The notes below the pieces were generated by a model. It saw only the letters and a list, made by a program, of their open reading frames with translations, was not told the DNA's origin and did no database searches. The translations under genes were made by a program, and so were the position numbers. This document shows, in pieces, positions 16,335 to 25,368 of a stretch of DNA of 40,398 nt. The stretch spans positions 1 to 40,398 of the forward strand of contig DAICZA010000003.1 in assembly GCA_027311385.1 (NCBI GenBank). Reading direction: 5' to 3'. How positions within the stretch are numbered: the first letter of the stretch is position 1; every line of letters begins with the position of its first letter. This DNA comes from a bacterium. GTDB taxonomy: Bacteria; Patescibacteriota; Minisyncoccia; Phycocordibacterales; Phycocordibacteraceae.

Positions 16335-16993
16335 AGTTTGTCCCCCTCGTTTCCTCCCGTTGATACAGAAACACGATTTTTCCCCGCTCCTTTTGCATCA
16401 AGCGCGGCGAGGTCTGCTAAATGTACCAAGGCCACCGGGTCGGTTGACCGGCGCGATGAACTGACGCCGATGCTCGCACCGATATTGAATTGGCGGAGTA
16501 TCGGGTTGCTCCCTATACTTTCTAGGATCTTATTCCCCATCGCCTCCGCGTCTTTCTCATTTATGCGCGGAAGAAGAATATAAAATTCATCTCCGCCGAA
16601 ACGCGAGACGACATCGGTATCGCGTACCGAGTGGGTGAGAACTTTTGCGACTGTCTTTAGCGCCTCATCTCCGACAAGGTGTCCGAAGGAATCGTTCACT
16701 TCCTTAAAATTATCCAGGTCTATAAACAGTACGCAGACTTCTTGAATCCGCTCGCCGGCTGCACGATGATGCTCCGGCACTTCTCCCCGAATGAATTCAA
16801 GCGCTCGTTTGAGTTCGCGGTCAAAGACTGCTCGCGTGTTTAATTGCGTGAGAGGGTCCGTCCCTCCTTCCGCCTCTCGTACTTCGTCGTTCCATTCATG
16901 GAGACCAATTACAAGGTCTTGCTCCTGATTTTGCTTCAGCAATTCATTCTCCAGACCCTTCCCGCCGTGTCGTTCTGCTTTCCCGAATTCCAT
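16331..16993 (-). CDS. GGDEF-domain diguanylate cyclase, stand-alone
   Basis: DPLTQLNTR, DLDNFKEVNDSFGHLVGD, RDTD I-site, RFGGDEF, AKGAGKNR. Start placed at MEFGK. Confidence 0.9.
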   Translation of the reverse strand: MEFGKAERHGGKGLENELLKQNQEQDLVIGLHEWNDEVREAEGGTDPLTQLNTRAVFDRELKRALEFIRGEVPEHHRAAGERIQEVCVLFIDLDNFKEVNDSFGHLVGDEALKTVAKVLTHSVRDTDVVSRFGGDEFYILLPRINEKDAEAMGNKILESIGSNPILRQFNIGASIGVSSSRRSTDPVALVHLADLAALDAKGAGKNRVSVSTGGNEGDKL

Positions 16994-17000
16994 GGAGGTA

Positions 17001-17570
17001 CTAGAACTGCACCGAGACCGGCTCGGCTGCGGCGGCATCCGCGGCTGCCAATTCAAAGAGATCCATCGCCTTGAAACCGAAACTGCCCGCAATGACATTC
17101 CCCGGGAACGACTGGAGCGCCGTATTGAGCGCCATCACCGTCGTGTTGTAGAAGCGGCGGGACGCCTGAATCTTGTCCTCGGTGTCGCCGAGCTCCTGCT
17201 GGAGCTGGAGGAAGTTCTGGTTCGCTTTCAGGTCCGGGTACGCCTCGGAGACGGCGAAGAGCGTCTTCAGCGCTCCGGTGAGCTGATTCTCGGCCTGCGC
17301 CTGCGCGGCGGGCGTGGCACTCGCGCCGGCACCCATCGCGGCGGCGCGCGCCTTGGACACGTTTTCAAACGCGGTGGATTCGTGTGCGGCGTACCCCTTC
17401 ACCGTCTCCACGAGGTTCGGAATGAGGTCGTAGCGGCGCTTGAGCTGGACTTGGATGTCGGCCCACGCCTCCTTCGCCCGGTTTACGAGCGTAATGAAGC
17501 GGTTATACGCGAGAATGGCCCACAGCACGACGACGGCGAGGACGATGAGCACAATGGTGGTAGTAGTCAT
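17001..17570 (-). CDS. lemA: LemA family protein
   Basis: N-terminal TM, QLKRRYDLIPNLVETVKGY, EAYPDLKANQNF, SRRFYN. Confidence 0.93.
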   Translation of the reverse strand: MTTTTIVLIVLAVVVLWAILAYNRFITLVNRAKEAWADIQVQLKRRYDLIPNLVETVKGYAAHESTAFENVSKARAAAMGAGASATPAAQAQAENQLTGALKTLFAVSEAYPDLKANQNFLQLQQELGDTEDKIQASRRFYNTTVMALNTALQSFPGNVIAGSFGFKAMDLFELAAADAAAAEPVSVQF

Positions 17571-17627
17571 ACCCCCCAGTATATCATCGTGCCGTATACT
17601 CGCCACGGTACGACACGCGGCGTCGGA

Positions 17628-18050
17628 TTAGTGGATACGGGTGAAAAAATAGACGCCCATCGGCACGCACCACGTGAGCCAGTCAAGAATGCCTTTGCGC
17701 CAGAGCTGGCGGTACGTCTTCCGTTGCAGGTAGAACTCCTGAAAGGTGATGAAGCCGATGGCGATGGCGAGAAATACGTAAATAGCGTTCGGACTGCCGA
17801 ACAGACGTTGCGAGAGATACGCCGCAGTACTGAGGAACAGGATGGAGCCGGCGAGATGGAAGACTTGCCGATAGGCGTCAAGCTTGAATCCGTAGTGGCC
17901 GGCGCCGTACTGCCGTTGAATCCGGGCGAGCGTTGCGTTGTACGAGCGGACGCCGCGCACCCACTGCCCCGCTACCTGCGTTTTGAACGGATAGACGTGG
18001 TCCGGCAGTACCACGAGCGCGTGATATAAACCGGAATGTTTCTCCCGCAT
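17628..18050 (-). CDS. Hypothetical membrane protein
   Basis: 140-aa ORF with about 3 hydrophobic segments, tightly packed after the malic enzyme gene. Confidence 0.65.
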   Translation of the reverse strand: MREKHSGLYHALVVLPDHVYPFKTQVAGQWVRGVRSYNATLARIQRQYGAGHYGFKLDAYRQVFHLAGSILFLSTAAYLSQRLFGSPNAIYVFLAIAIGFITFQEFYLQRKTYRQLWRKGILDWLTWCVPMGVYFFTRIH

Positions 18051-18054
18051 ATCC

Positions 18055-19227
18055 CTAGTGTACCGCGCGCGCGACCGCTTTTACCACGCGCGGGTCAAGC
18101 ATATCGGGGATAATCTTCGCCGCGGTCGGCCGCGCGACGAGCGCCGCGAGCGCGCGGGCGGTGCGGAGTTTCGTCGCTTCCGTGATTTTCTTCACCTCTT
18201 TGTCCAGGGCGCCGCGGAAGATGCCCGGGAACACGAGCGAGTTGTTAATCTGGTTCGGGAAATCGGAACGGCCGGTTGCGATAACCGCGGCGCCCGCCCG
18301 CAATGCTTCGCCTGGAAGGATTTCCGGCTCGGGATTCGCCATCGCGAAGACGATGCTCTTCGGCGCCATGCTCTTGATATGTTCCGCTGTGAGCACCCCC
18401 TTCCCCGAGAGACCGATGAACGCGTCAGCGCCAACCATCGCCTCCGCAAGCCCGCCCGCTACCCTGCGCGGGTTGGTGAGCGCGGCGAGCTCGGCCTTAG
18501 ACTCATTCAGCCCCGGGCGGGCGGCATAGATGGTGCCGGTGCGGTCCAATAGGACAATGTCCCGCACGCCCGCCGCAATGAGCAGTTTCGCGGTCGCGGC
18601 GCCGGCTGCGCCGGCGCCGCTCACAACGACTTTCAATTTCTTCATATCTTTCTTCACCACCTTCGCCGCATTCATAAGCCCGGCGAGGACGACGATGGCC
18701 GTGCCGTGCTGGTCGTCGTGCATCACGGGGATGTCCAGCTCCTCAATAAGCCGTTTTTCAATGGCAAAACATTTCGGCGAAGCGATGTCTTCCAAATTGA
18801 TGCCGCCGAACGCCGGCGCGATGGCTTTCACCGTGCGGACGATCTCGTCCGGATCCTGCGTATCAAGCACGATAGGCCACGCGTCCACGCCTGCCATTTC
18901 CTTGAAAATAAGCGCCTTCCCTTCCATCACCGGCAGGGCGCCGTAGGGACCGATGTTCCCGAGACCGAGCACGGCCGAACCGTCGGAGATGACGGCGACG
19001 CTGTTCTTCTTGACGGACATTTTCCGCGCGTCCTCCGGGTGCTTCGCGAGGTGAAGCGAGGCGACGCCCACGCCCGGCGTGTACCAGAGCGAGAAATCTT
19101 TTTTGCTTTTGAGCTTGGCGCGTCCTTTCGTCTCCACTCGCGCGCCCTGACTCTTAAACGCCGCCAGTATTTTTTTAGATTTTGTGTCCACCCCGTTAGA
19201 AACCCGCTTTGGAGAGTTGTTTGTCAT
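18055..19227 (-). CDS. NAD(P)-dependent malic enzyme
   Basis: YTPGV, DGSAVLGLGNIG, PVMEGK, INLEDI, HDDQHGTA, GAGAAG, FAMANP, NQINN. Start is ATG 19227 (inside the inserted element) or GTG 19191. Confidence 0.93.
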   Translation of the reverse strand: MTNNSPKRVSNGVDTKSKKILAAFKSQGARVETKGRAKLKSKKDFSLWYTPGVGVASLHLAKHPEDARKMSVKKNSVAVISDGSAVLGLGNIGPYGALPVMEGKALIFKEMAGVDAWPIVLDTQDPDEIVRTVKAIAPAFGGINLEDIASPKCFAIEKRLIEELDIPVMHDDQHGTAIVVLAGLMNAAKVVKKDMKKLKVVVSGAGAAGAATAKLLIAAGVRDIVLLDRTGTIYAARPGLNESKAELAALTNPRRVAGGLAEAMVGADAFIGLSGKGVLTAEHIKSMAPKSIVFAMANPEPEILPGEALRAGAAVIATGRSDFPNQINNSLVFPGIFRGALDKEVKKITEATKLRTARALAALVARPTAAKIIPDMLDPRVVKAVARAVH

Positions 19228-19268
19228 AAATATGTTACTAACATTTAGTGGGTGAGTTTCTAACGGGG
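19191..19268. mobile_element. MITE-like palindromic element, CCCCGTTAGA family, copy 2
   Basis: ccccgttagaaac/gtttctaacgggg terminal inverted repeat with flanking tcca direct repeat. Confidence 0.75.
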
Positions 19269-19296
19269 TCCATAGAAATGCCAGTATACTCTACCT

Positions 19297-21552
19297 GTGA
19301 ATCCGGACGACCTTGTTGATAAGCATTTCCCGCGGCTCCGACCGGAGCAGAAGCGCGCGCTCCATAAGCTCGGCATACGCACCGTCCGCGACCTGCTGTA
19401 CCACGTCCCCGCCCGCTATGAGTCAAGCGGAGACGTGGGCACCATTGCGGGCGTTGCCGCCGGCGCCGACGTAACGCTCTACGGCACGGTGCGCAAGCCG
19501 GATATCAGGAAGACATGGAAAAGCCGCCGCCCCATCGCCGAAGCGTGGCTGGAGGACGCCTCGGGAAAGATTAAGATGATGTGGTTTTCCCAGCCGTACA
19601 TAGCAAAGTCGCTTCATGACGGGATGGTAGTGAAAGTGAGCGGACGCGTGGCGGGTACGACGCGCCCCGACGGGGTCCCTTCGGGGAAGGTGTATCTCGC
19701 GAATCCTGAAATAGAGAAGACTGCCATCGAGCCTGGAGATATTCACAACTCGCTCTTCGCCCGCCCTCAGGATTTAAATGTTAAACATTTAAATCCCGAC
19801 TCTCTTTTTGTAAAAGGCGTTGCGGCAGACAAGACGCTGTACCCGGTGTATCCCGAGAGTCAGGGGATTTCGTCGCTCTGGCTGATGCACGCGGTGCGGA
19901 AAGTATTTGAGACGAATGTGCACGAGCAGATTCCCGACCCGATTCCGGGAGACATCCTCGCGCGCTATAACCTGCCGTCGCTCTCTGCCGCACTCGTATT
20001 CATCCACGCACCCCAGAAGCAGTCGGATGCGGACGCGGCGCGCAAGCGCTTCGCCTTTGAGGAAGTCTTCGCGCTCCAGATTGTGATGCAGCAGCGCAGG
20101 AATGCGCTCCTGCGCGAAGAAGCGCTCCCCGTCTCGGTAGACCGCGCGGCGCTCGCCGATTTCGTTGCGTCATTTCCCTTCCCTGCAACCAATGCGCAAA
20201 CACGCGCGATTGATGCGATTGTGAGCGACTTTGAAAAGACACACCCGATGCTCCGCCTGCTTGAGGGCGATGTGGGGAGCGGCAAGACCGCGGTCGCCGC
20301 GGCGACCGCGTATCTCGTCGCGACCTCGCTCCCCCCGAAGGGGCCCCTTAGGGGCGAGCGGCGCATCGCGGGGACGCTCCAGGTCGCGTATCTCTGCCCC
20401 ACCGAAATCCTCGCGAAACAGCATTTCTCCACGTTCGTCTCCTACTTCCGCGACCACCCCATCCCCATCGGCCTCATCACCGGAAGCGAATGCCGCGTAT
20501 TCCCGTCAAAAGTCCGGTACGAAGAATCCGCGAAACTCTCCAAAGCGACCTTTCGCAAGCGCGTCGCGGACGGGCTCATCCCCATCGTTATCGGCACGCA
20601 CGCGCTTATTGAAAAATCGCTCTCGTTTAAATATTTCGCCTACGCCATCATTGACGAGCAGCACCGCTTCGGCACGATGCACCGCCAGAAGCTCGCGACC
20701 AAAGGCGCCATTGCGCCGCATCTCTTGTCTATGACGGCAACGCCCATCCCGCGCACGCTCGCGCTCACCCTCTACGGCGACCTGGACCTCACGCTTCTTG
20801 ACGAGATGCCCGCCGGAAGAAAAGTCGTACTGACGGAAGTACTGGGACCCAAGGAGCGCGAGCGCGCGTACGAGCGCGTGCGTGCGGAACTCGCGGCCGG
20901 GCACCAGGCGTACGTCATCTGCCCGCGCATTGACGAGCCCGACCCGGCGAAGGAGCTCGCGCTCCAGGCGAAGTCGGTCAAAGCCGAGGCGGCGCGGCTC
21001 AAAACATCGGTCTTCCCCGGCGCAACCATAGATATCCTGCACAGCAAGATGACGCCATCGGAAAAGGAAGACGTGATGAGCCGTTTTGAAAATGGCGGTA
21101 TCAATATCCTCGTCGCCACCTCGGTGGTGGAGGTGGGCGTGAACGTGCCAAACGCAACCGTCATCCTCATTGAGGGCGCGGAACGCTTCGGGCTCGCTCA
21201 GCTCCATCAACTGCGCGGTCGCGTCATCCGCTCCACGCATCAGTCGTACTGTTTCGCGCTCCCGGAATCATTCGGCGAAACGACCCGCGAGCGTATGAAG
21301 GCATTTGTGAACGCGAAGAACGGTTTTGAACTCGCCGAATACGACCTCGCGCTCCGGGGCGCCGGCGAGCTCGCGGGCGGGCGGCAATGGGGCGTCTCGG
21401 ACATCGCGATGGAAGCGCTGAAAAACATCAAACTCGTGGAGGCCGCGCGAACGGAGGCGGCGAACCTCGTCGCAGCTGACCCCGATTTACACCGGCACCC
21501 TGCCCTCTTACGGCGCGCCCGCACCGCCGACACGGAGATGCATTTGGAATAA
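19297..21552 (+). CDS. recG: ATP-dependent DNA helicase RecG
   Basis: LEGDVGSGKT, PTEILAKQH, IIDEQHRFG, MTATPIPRTL, ERFGLAQLHQLRGRV; contains short palindromic in-frame inserts. Confidence 0.95.
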   Translation: MNPDDLVDKHFPRLRPEQKRALHKLGIRTVRDLLYHVPARYESSGDVGTIAGVAAGADVTLYGTVRKPDIRKTWKSRRPIAEAWLEDASGKIKMMWFSQPYIAKSLHDGMVVKVSGRVAGTTRPDGVPSGKVYLANPEIEKTAIEPGDIHNSLFARPQDLNVKHLNPDSLFVKGVAADKTLYPVYPESQGISSLWLMHAVRKVFETNVHEQIPDPIPGDILARYNLPSLSAALVFIHAPQKQSDADAARKRFAFEEVFALQIVMQQRRNALLREEALPVSVDRAALADFVASFPFPATNAQTRAIDAIVSDFEKTHPMLRLLEGDVGSGKTAVAAATAYLVATSLPPKGPLRGERRIAGTLQVAYLCPTEILAKQHFSTFVSYFRDHPIPIGLITGSECRVFPSKVRYEESAKLSKATFRKRVADGLIPIVIGTHALIEKSLSFKYFAYAIIDEQHRFGTMHRQKLATKGAIAPHLLSMTATPIPRTLALTLYGDLDLTLLDEMPAGRKVVLTEVLGPKERERAYERVRAELAAGHQAYVICPRIDEPDPAKELALQAKSVKAEAARLKTSVFPGATIDILHSKMTPSEKEDVMSRFENGGINILVATSVVEVGVNVPNATVILIEGAERFGLAQLHQLRGRVIRSTHQSYCFALPESFGETTRERMKAFVNAKNGFELAEYDLALRGAGELAGGRQWGVSDIAMEALKNIKLVEAARTEAANLVAADPDLHRHPALLRRARTADTEMHLE

Positions 21553-22077
21553 TCAGGGGGCGCATTGGGGAAGAGAAAAAGGGACGGTAACGACATAGTC
21601 GTCACTCGTACCCCAGACGCCGTCCGGGCCGACCGTCCTGAAAGTGTCTGCACGACAGGGCTGCGCCGGTATCTCTCCCTCATTCTCATCAAAAGTAAAC
21701 GGACTTCCCCACGGGTCCCGCATGAGCGTCGTCAGATTGGCAACATAGCCGTTGGTAGCCGCTTGTATCTTGGTCACGCCATTCAACCACGACGCATAGC
21801 AGGCGTTTGAGGTCGGCACGTTCCGTAAATCGACTCCTACACACACCCCGCAATATGAACAGCCACTACCGGTTATCTGCTCAAGCGTCTTGTGTGACTC
21901 TCCCTGCGCAAGAATCACGTCTTTCACGACCTGGCTCAACTCAGCTTCCGCAACGGCGTATTGCGCCTTAGTCCGCGCCGCCGATAGGGCGGCGAGCACA
22001 ACGGAAGAGAGGATACCGATAATTGCGATAACAACGAGTAGTTCAATGAGGGTGAAGCCGGCTGTGGAAGCTCTCAT
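21553..22077 (-). CDS. Type IV pilin / pseudopilin-like protein
   Basis: Prepilin motif GFTLIELLVVIAIIGIL; DPWG and GPDG as in GspG-like C-termini. Confidence 0.85.
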   Translation of the reverse strand: MRASTAGFTLIELLVVIAIIGILSSVVLAALSAARTKAQYAVAEAELSQVVKDVILAQGESHKTLEQITGSGCSYCGVCVGVDLRNVPTSNACYASWLNGVTKIQAATNGYVANLTTLMRDPWGSPFTFDENEGEIPAQPCRADTFRTVGPDGVWGTSDDYVVTVPFSLPQCAP

Positions 22078-22081
22078 ACGG

Positions 22082-22360
22082 CTAGCGGACCGGCGGCAGC
22101 TCGTTCTGGAACAATTCCGGGTGCGCGGCTTTCATCGCGTCATAGTTCCCGTACGAGCCTGCCGTAAAAGGATTATGCGCAAGTATCACTGCCGCCGCGA
22201 GTATGCAGAGAACTGAGAAGCCGAGCAGGACATACCTCGCACTGCGTTCGTCTTTTGCGATTTTCCAGGCAACCAAGCGGCCGGTAAGTCCGCGCGGAGT
22301 TCCCTCCCGACGCGGGGGCGACCAATTGGAGTCTTCGTTGAAGACTACCTCGTCAGTCAT
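22082..22360 (-). CDS. Hypothetical membrane protein
   Basis: 92 aa with one TM, 4 nt upstream of the pilin gene. Confidence 0.6.
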   Translation of the reverse strand: MTDEVVFNEDSNWSPPRREGTPRGLTGRLVAWKIAKDERSARYVLLGFSVLCILAAAVILAHNPFTAGSYGNYDAMKAAHPELFQNELPPVR

Positions 22361-22418
22361 ATGACTAAAATAGTAGCATGAGTTCCCGCGTCAAGACCGC
22401 CCACAAAGAGTTGCCGTC

Positions 22419-22644
22419 TGGTGCGCCCTCTTGGACTCGAACCAGGAACCGCCGAGGTATATGTAGGCATGCGACCATCGACCTCGTTCGGAATAACACT
22501 GGGCTGGTGGGCGTGCCTGGACTCGAACCAGGAACCGCCGAGGTATAAGCTCGGTGCTCTAACCAATTGAGCTACACGCCCAGTTTATTTCTCTCTCGTC
22601 CTCGCCCGTAAGCTCGGTGCTCTAACCAATTGAGCTAAGGGCGC
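22419..22644 (-). tRNA. Split or interrupted outer tRNA (Val-UAC or Ile-UAU if joined); 5' half 22609-22644, 3' half 22419-22461
   Basis: Acceptor strands GCGCCCT and AGGGCGC-A-CCA pair with each other; halves separated at the anticodon loop by ~147 nt; one T-stem mismatch. Confidence 0.6.
22505..22581 (-). tRNA. tRNA-Ile(UAU)
   Basis: GGGCGTG/CACGCCC-A-CCA acceptor, anticodon arm ccgag-CT-TAT-AC-ctcgg, T-arm cctgg-TTCGAGT-ccagg. Confidence 0.88.
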
Positions 22645-22672
22645 GCTCTTTTATAGTACAACAACCGGAAGT

Positions 22673-24625
22673 TTACGCGATATGACCCGAGCCCGATGGC
22701 GCAATAACGACGCCCCCTTCCTCTTCTTCTTTCTTTTTCGGCACAATGCCGTTGAGTATCAAAATCTTTTCAAATTCCGCGCGCTCAATGGTCTCCTTCT
22801 CAATGAGTTCTTTCGCGATAGCGTCCAGCGCGGTGCGATGCTCCTCTATAACTTTCGTCGCGCGCGCTTTCGCCTCGTCTATGATGTGCGAGACTTCGGC
22901 GTCTATCTCCGCTGCAACGCGCTCGGAGTACGGCTCGTTCCCAAGCGCACGCTCGCCAAACGCGATGGGGCCGAGCTTCTTGCTCATTCCGTAACGCGAG
23001 ACCATATCGCGCGCAAGCGCGGTGATAACCGCAAGGTCGTTACTGGGGCCGGTCGTCACGTCGTCAAACAACATTTCTTCGGCGACGTAGCCGCCCAAAG
23101 TCGCGGCGATGTCGTCCAGGAACTGCTTGCGTGACTGCATTTTCTTGTCTTCAAACGGCAACTTGAGCGTGTACCCCGCCGCGCGGCCGCGGCTGATGAT
23201 GGAAATCTTGTGTACCGGGTCGGCGTTCGGGAGGATGGAGGAGACGAGCGCGTGGCCGGCCTCGTGGTACGCGGTCAGTTCTTTTTCTTTCTTGGAGAGC
23301 AGGTGCGACTTGCGCTCGGGGCCGAGCATCACTTTCTCAATGGAACGGATGAGGTCGTACTGGGTTATTTCTTTGCGCGAGTCGCGGGCGGCGAGGATGG
23401 CGCCCTCGTTCATCAGCGAGTAGAGCTCGGCTCCCGAGAAGCCCGGCGTGCGCTCGGCGATAACGGCAAGTGCCACGTCCGGACCCAAGGGCTTTTTGCG
23501 CGCGTGTATCTTGAGGATGTCCTCGCGGTCGCGGCGGTCCGGCAGGTCAATCGTCACGCGCCGGTCAAAGCGCCCGGGGCGAAGCAGTGCGGGGTCCAGC
23601 ACGTCCGGCCGGTTCGTCGCCGCCATCACCACCACTTTCTCGGTCGGCTCAAAACCGTCCATTTCCACGAGAATCTGATTGAGCGTCTGTTCGCGCTCGT
23701 CGTTGCCGCCGCCAACCCCGGTGCCGCGCACGCGCCCGACCGCGTCAATCTCGTCTACGAAAATGATGGCGGGCGCGGCCTTCTTCGCGAGCTGGAAGAG
23801 GTCGCGCACGCGGGAGGCGCCCACGCCGACGAACATCTCCACGAACTCGCTCCCCGAGATGGAGAAGAACGGCACGCCCGCCTCGCCCGCGACCGCGCGC
23901 GCAAGCAGGGTCTTGCCGGTGCCGGGCGCGCCCATGAGGATGATGCCCTTCGGAATGCGCGCGCCGATGTCCAGGAATTTCTTCGGACTCTTGAGGAAGT
24001 CCACAATCTCCAGCAATTCTTCCTTTGCTTCGCGCGCGCCGGCGATGTCGGCGAAGGTCACGCGCTGGGAGACGTCAGCCGGGTCGGTAACGCGCGCCTT
24101 GGACTGGCCAAACGTAAACGCCTGCATCCCCGCCCCTTTTACCTGCCGCGTGAGAAACCAGAAGAGGAAGCCGAGGAATAAGAGCGTGAGCACGGTCGGT
24201 GCGAGCGTGAGGAACCAGAACTGGAATCCCGACTGTCCTTGCACCGTGATGGCGACCTTGGCGAGTTCGGCGGGCGTCACGCCGTAGGTCGCGAGCGTCT
24301 CGGGGAGACCGGCGGACGGGTCCTTGCGCGAGGTCTTCGTCGTTTGGTCAAAGTAGGTGAGAGAAAGCTGGTCGCCGTTGACCGTAATCGCGCTCACCTT
24401 CCCGGCGGCGACATCTGCGGCGACAGTGGAGAGCGGGATGTCCGTGCTCGGCTGTGTCATACCTGCAATGAGCGAATAAGCGCTCATGAGGAGCAAGAAG
24501 ATGAGGATGGTGGTGACGAGGTTGCCGAAGAACGACGGGCCGCCGAGGAGCCCGCGCCAGCCGCGGCGTACAGGAGGCTTCGCGGGCTTCTTCCCTCGCG
24601 GCTTCTTCGGTGAGACGGGTGCCAT
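22673..24625 (-). CDS. ftsH: ATP-dependent zinc metalloprotease FtsH
   Basis: Two TMs, [29 protein letters not shown]. Start placed at MAPVS. Confidence 0.96.
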   Translation of the reverse strand: MAPVSPKKPRGKKPAKPPVRRGWRGLLGGPSFFGNLVTTILIFLLLMSAYSLIAGMTQPSTDIPLSTVAADVAAGKVSAITVNGDQLSLTYFDQTTKTSRKDPSAGLPETLATYGVTPAELAKVAITVQGQSGFQFWFLTLAPTVLTLLFLGFLFWFLTRQVKGAGMQAFTFGQSKARVTDPADVSQRVTFADIAGAREAKEELLEIVDFLKSPKKFLDIGARIPKGIILMGAPGTGKTLLARAVAGEAGVPFFSISGSEFVEMFVGVGASRVRDLFQLAKKAAPAIIFVDEIDAVGRVRGTGVGGGNDEREQTLNQILVEMDGFEPTEKVVVMAATNRPDVLDPALLRPGRFDRRVTIDLPDRRDREDILKIHARKKPLGPDVALAVIAERTPGFSGAELYSLMNEGAILAARDSRKEITQYDLIRSIEKVMLGPERKSHLLSKKEKELTAYHEAGHALVSSILPNADPVHKISIISRGRAAGYTLKLPFEDKKMQSRKQFLDDIAATLGGYVAEEMLFDDVTTGPSNDLAVITALARDMVSRYGMSKKLGPIAFGERALGNEPYSERVAAEIDAEVSHIIDEAKARATKVIEEHRTALDAIAKELIEKETIERAEFEKILILNGIVPKKKEEEEGGVVIAPSGSGHIA

Positions 24626-24702
24626 ATCGGGACAGTATACAGAAAAACGCTTTATTTTCCTACTCGCGGCACGCAAAAACCGCCCGGGGGCGGTTCGCAA
24701 TG

Positions 24703-24788
24703 TGTGGAGGCGCGGAGGTTGGTCACGAGTCGCTAAATAAAATGCTCCGGGCACTCGCATTTTATCAAGCGCTCGCGACCCCGGCTCG
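24703..24788 (-). repeat. Duplicated tmRNA 3' end plus GGTCAC...GCGACCCC hairpin element
   Basis: tgtggaggcg at 24703 and 24907; stem-loop at 24721-24780 with the same ends as the tRNA-Ser element. Confidence 0.6.
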
Positions 24789-24863
24789 GTCGTTTTGCGA
24801 ATACGCAAAACATACCTCCGCCTTCCAATCCCCCAGAAGCAAAGCAGTTTGCTTCTTTCGCCC

Positions 24864-24908
24864 CACAAAAAATGAAAATCCACTCGGATGAGTGGATTTC
24901 ATTTTTTG
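24864..24908 (-). terminator. Terminator hairpin downstream of tmRNA
   Basis: cacaaaaaatgaaaatccactc / gagtggatttcattttttgtg inverted repeat. Confidence 0.65.
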
Positions 24909-25329
24909 TGGAGGCGGGGGGAATTGGACCCCCGTCCGAATCTGGCCAAGAAAGCGAGTCTACGACGCATAGTCGACGTTAGCTTTGAGGCAGGATGCGA
25001 GGAACGCCGGCGAAACCATTCCTGCCCGATCCCTTATTTAAATGCGCCGGACGGGAGGCCGGGCACCGAGTTCACAGATAATTCCGCCCATCTCCTACGC
25101 TGTGAACGCCGAGAGAAGATGAACGTCGCGCGAGGCGATGGCGAGCTTACGCTCGAGCCGTCGCGTAGGCGAACGCAATGTCGCCGACCTTACCGAAGTA
25201 AGGAGACTTCGTTGCGCTTGCAAGAGTGTTCTTGGCAAGTTTGGTTGCTCGGACGGATTACAGTGTCATACGAGCGTGCACTGCGTCGCACGTCTTTCAA
25301 GGTACAGACCGTCAAAGCCGGTCACCCCC
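24909..25329 (-). ncRNA. ssrA: tmRNA
   Basis: 5' GGGGGTGA...TTTGAC and 3' CCCCCCGCCTCCA with a G3-U pair; directly downstream of smpB; tag ORF at 25236-25147. Confidence 0.9.
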
Positions 25330-25368
25330 GAGAAATGCAGAATCGGAAAACTTCTGAACTTTTCGGGA

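Noticed and set aside
20289..20310. Perfect GC palindrome cgcggtcgccgcggcgaccgcg in recG
   Set aside because: It encodes the conserved helix after Walker A (AVAAAT) and is explainable by Ala/Val codons in GC-rich DNA.
22357..22566. 69-aa ORF and other ORFs over RNA genes (10876-11243, 24888-25514)
   Set aside because: They overlap tRNA, RNase P RNA or tmRNA and have no protein motifs.
22462..22608. Group I or group II intron in the outer tRNA
   Set aside because: About 147 nt, mostly occupied by the inner tRNA; no P7 core or domain V is recognisable despite GGGCG...AT-like ends.
24626..24883. N-terminal extension of FtsH in the ORF track
   Set aside because: It runs through the tmRNA terminator and hairpin element; the -10 box and sequence character favour ATG 24625.
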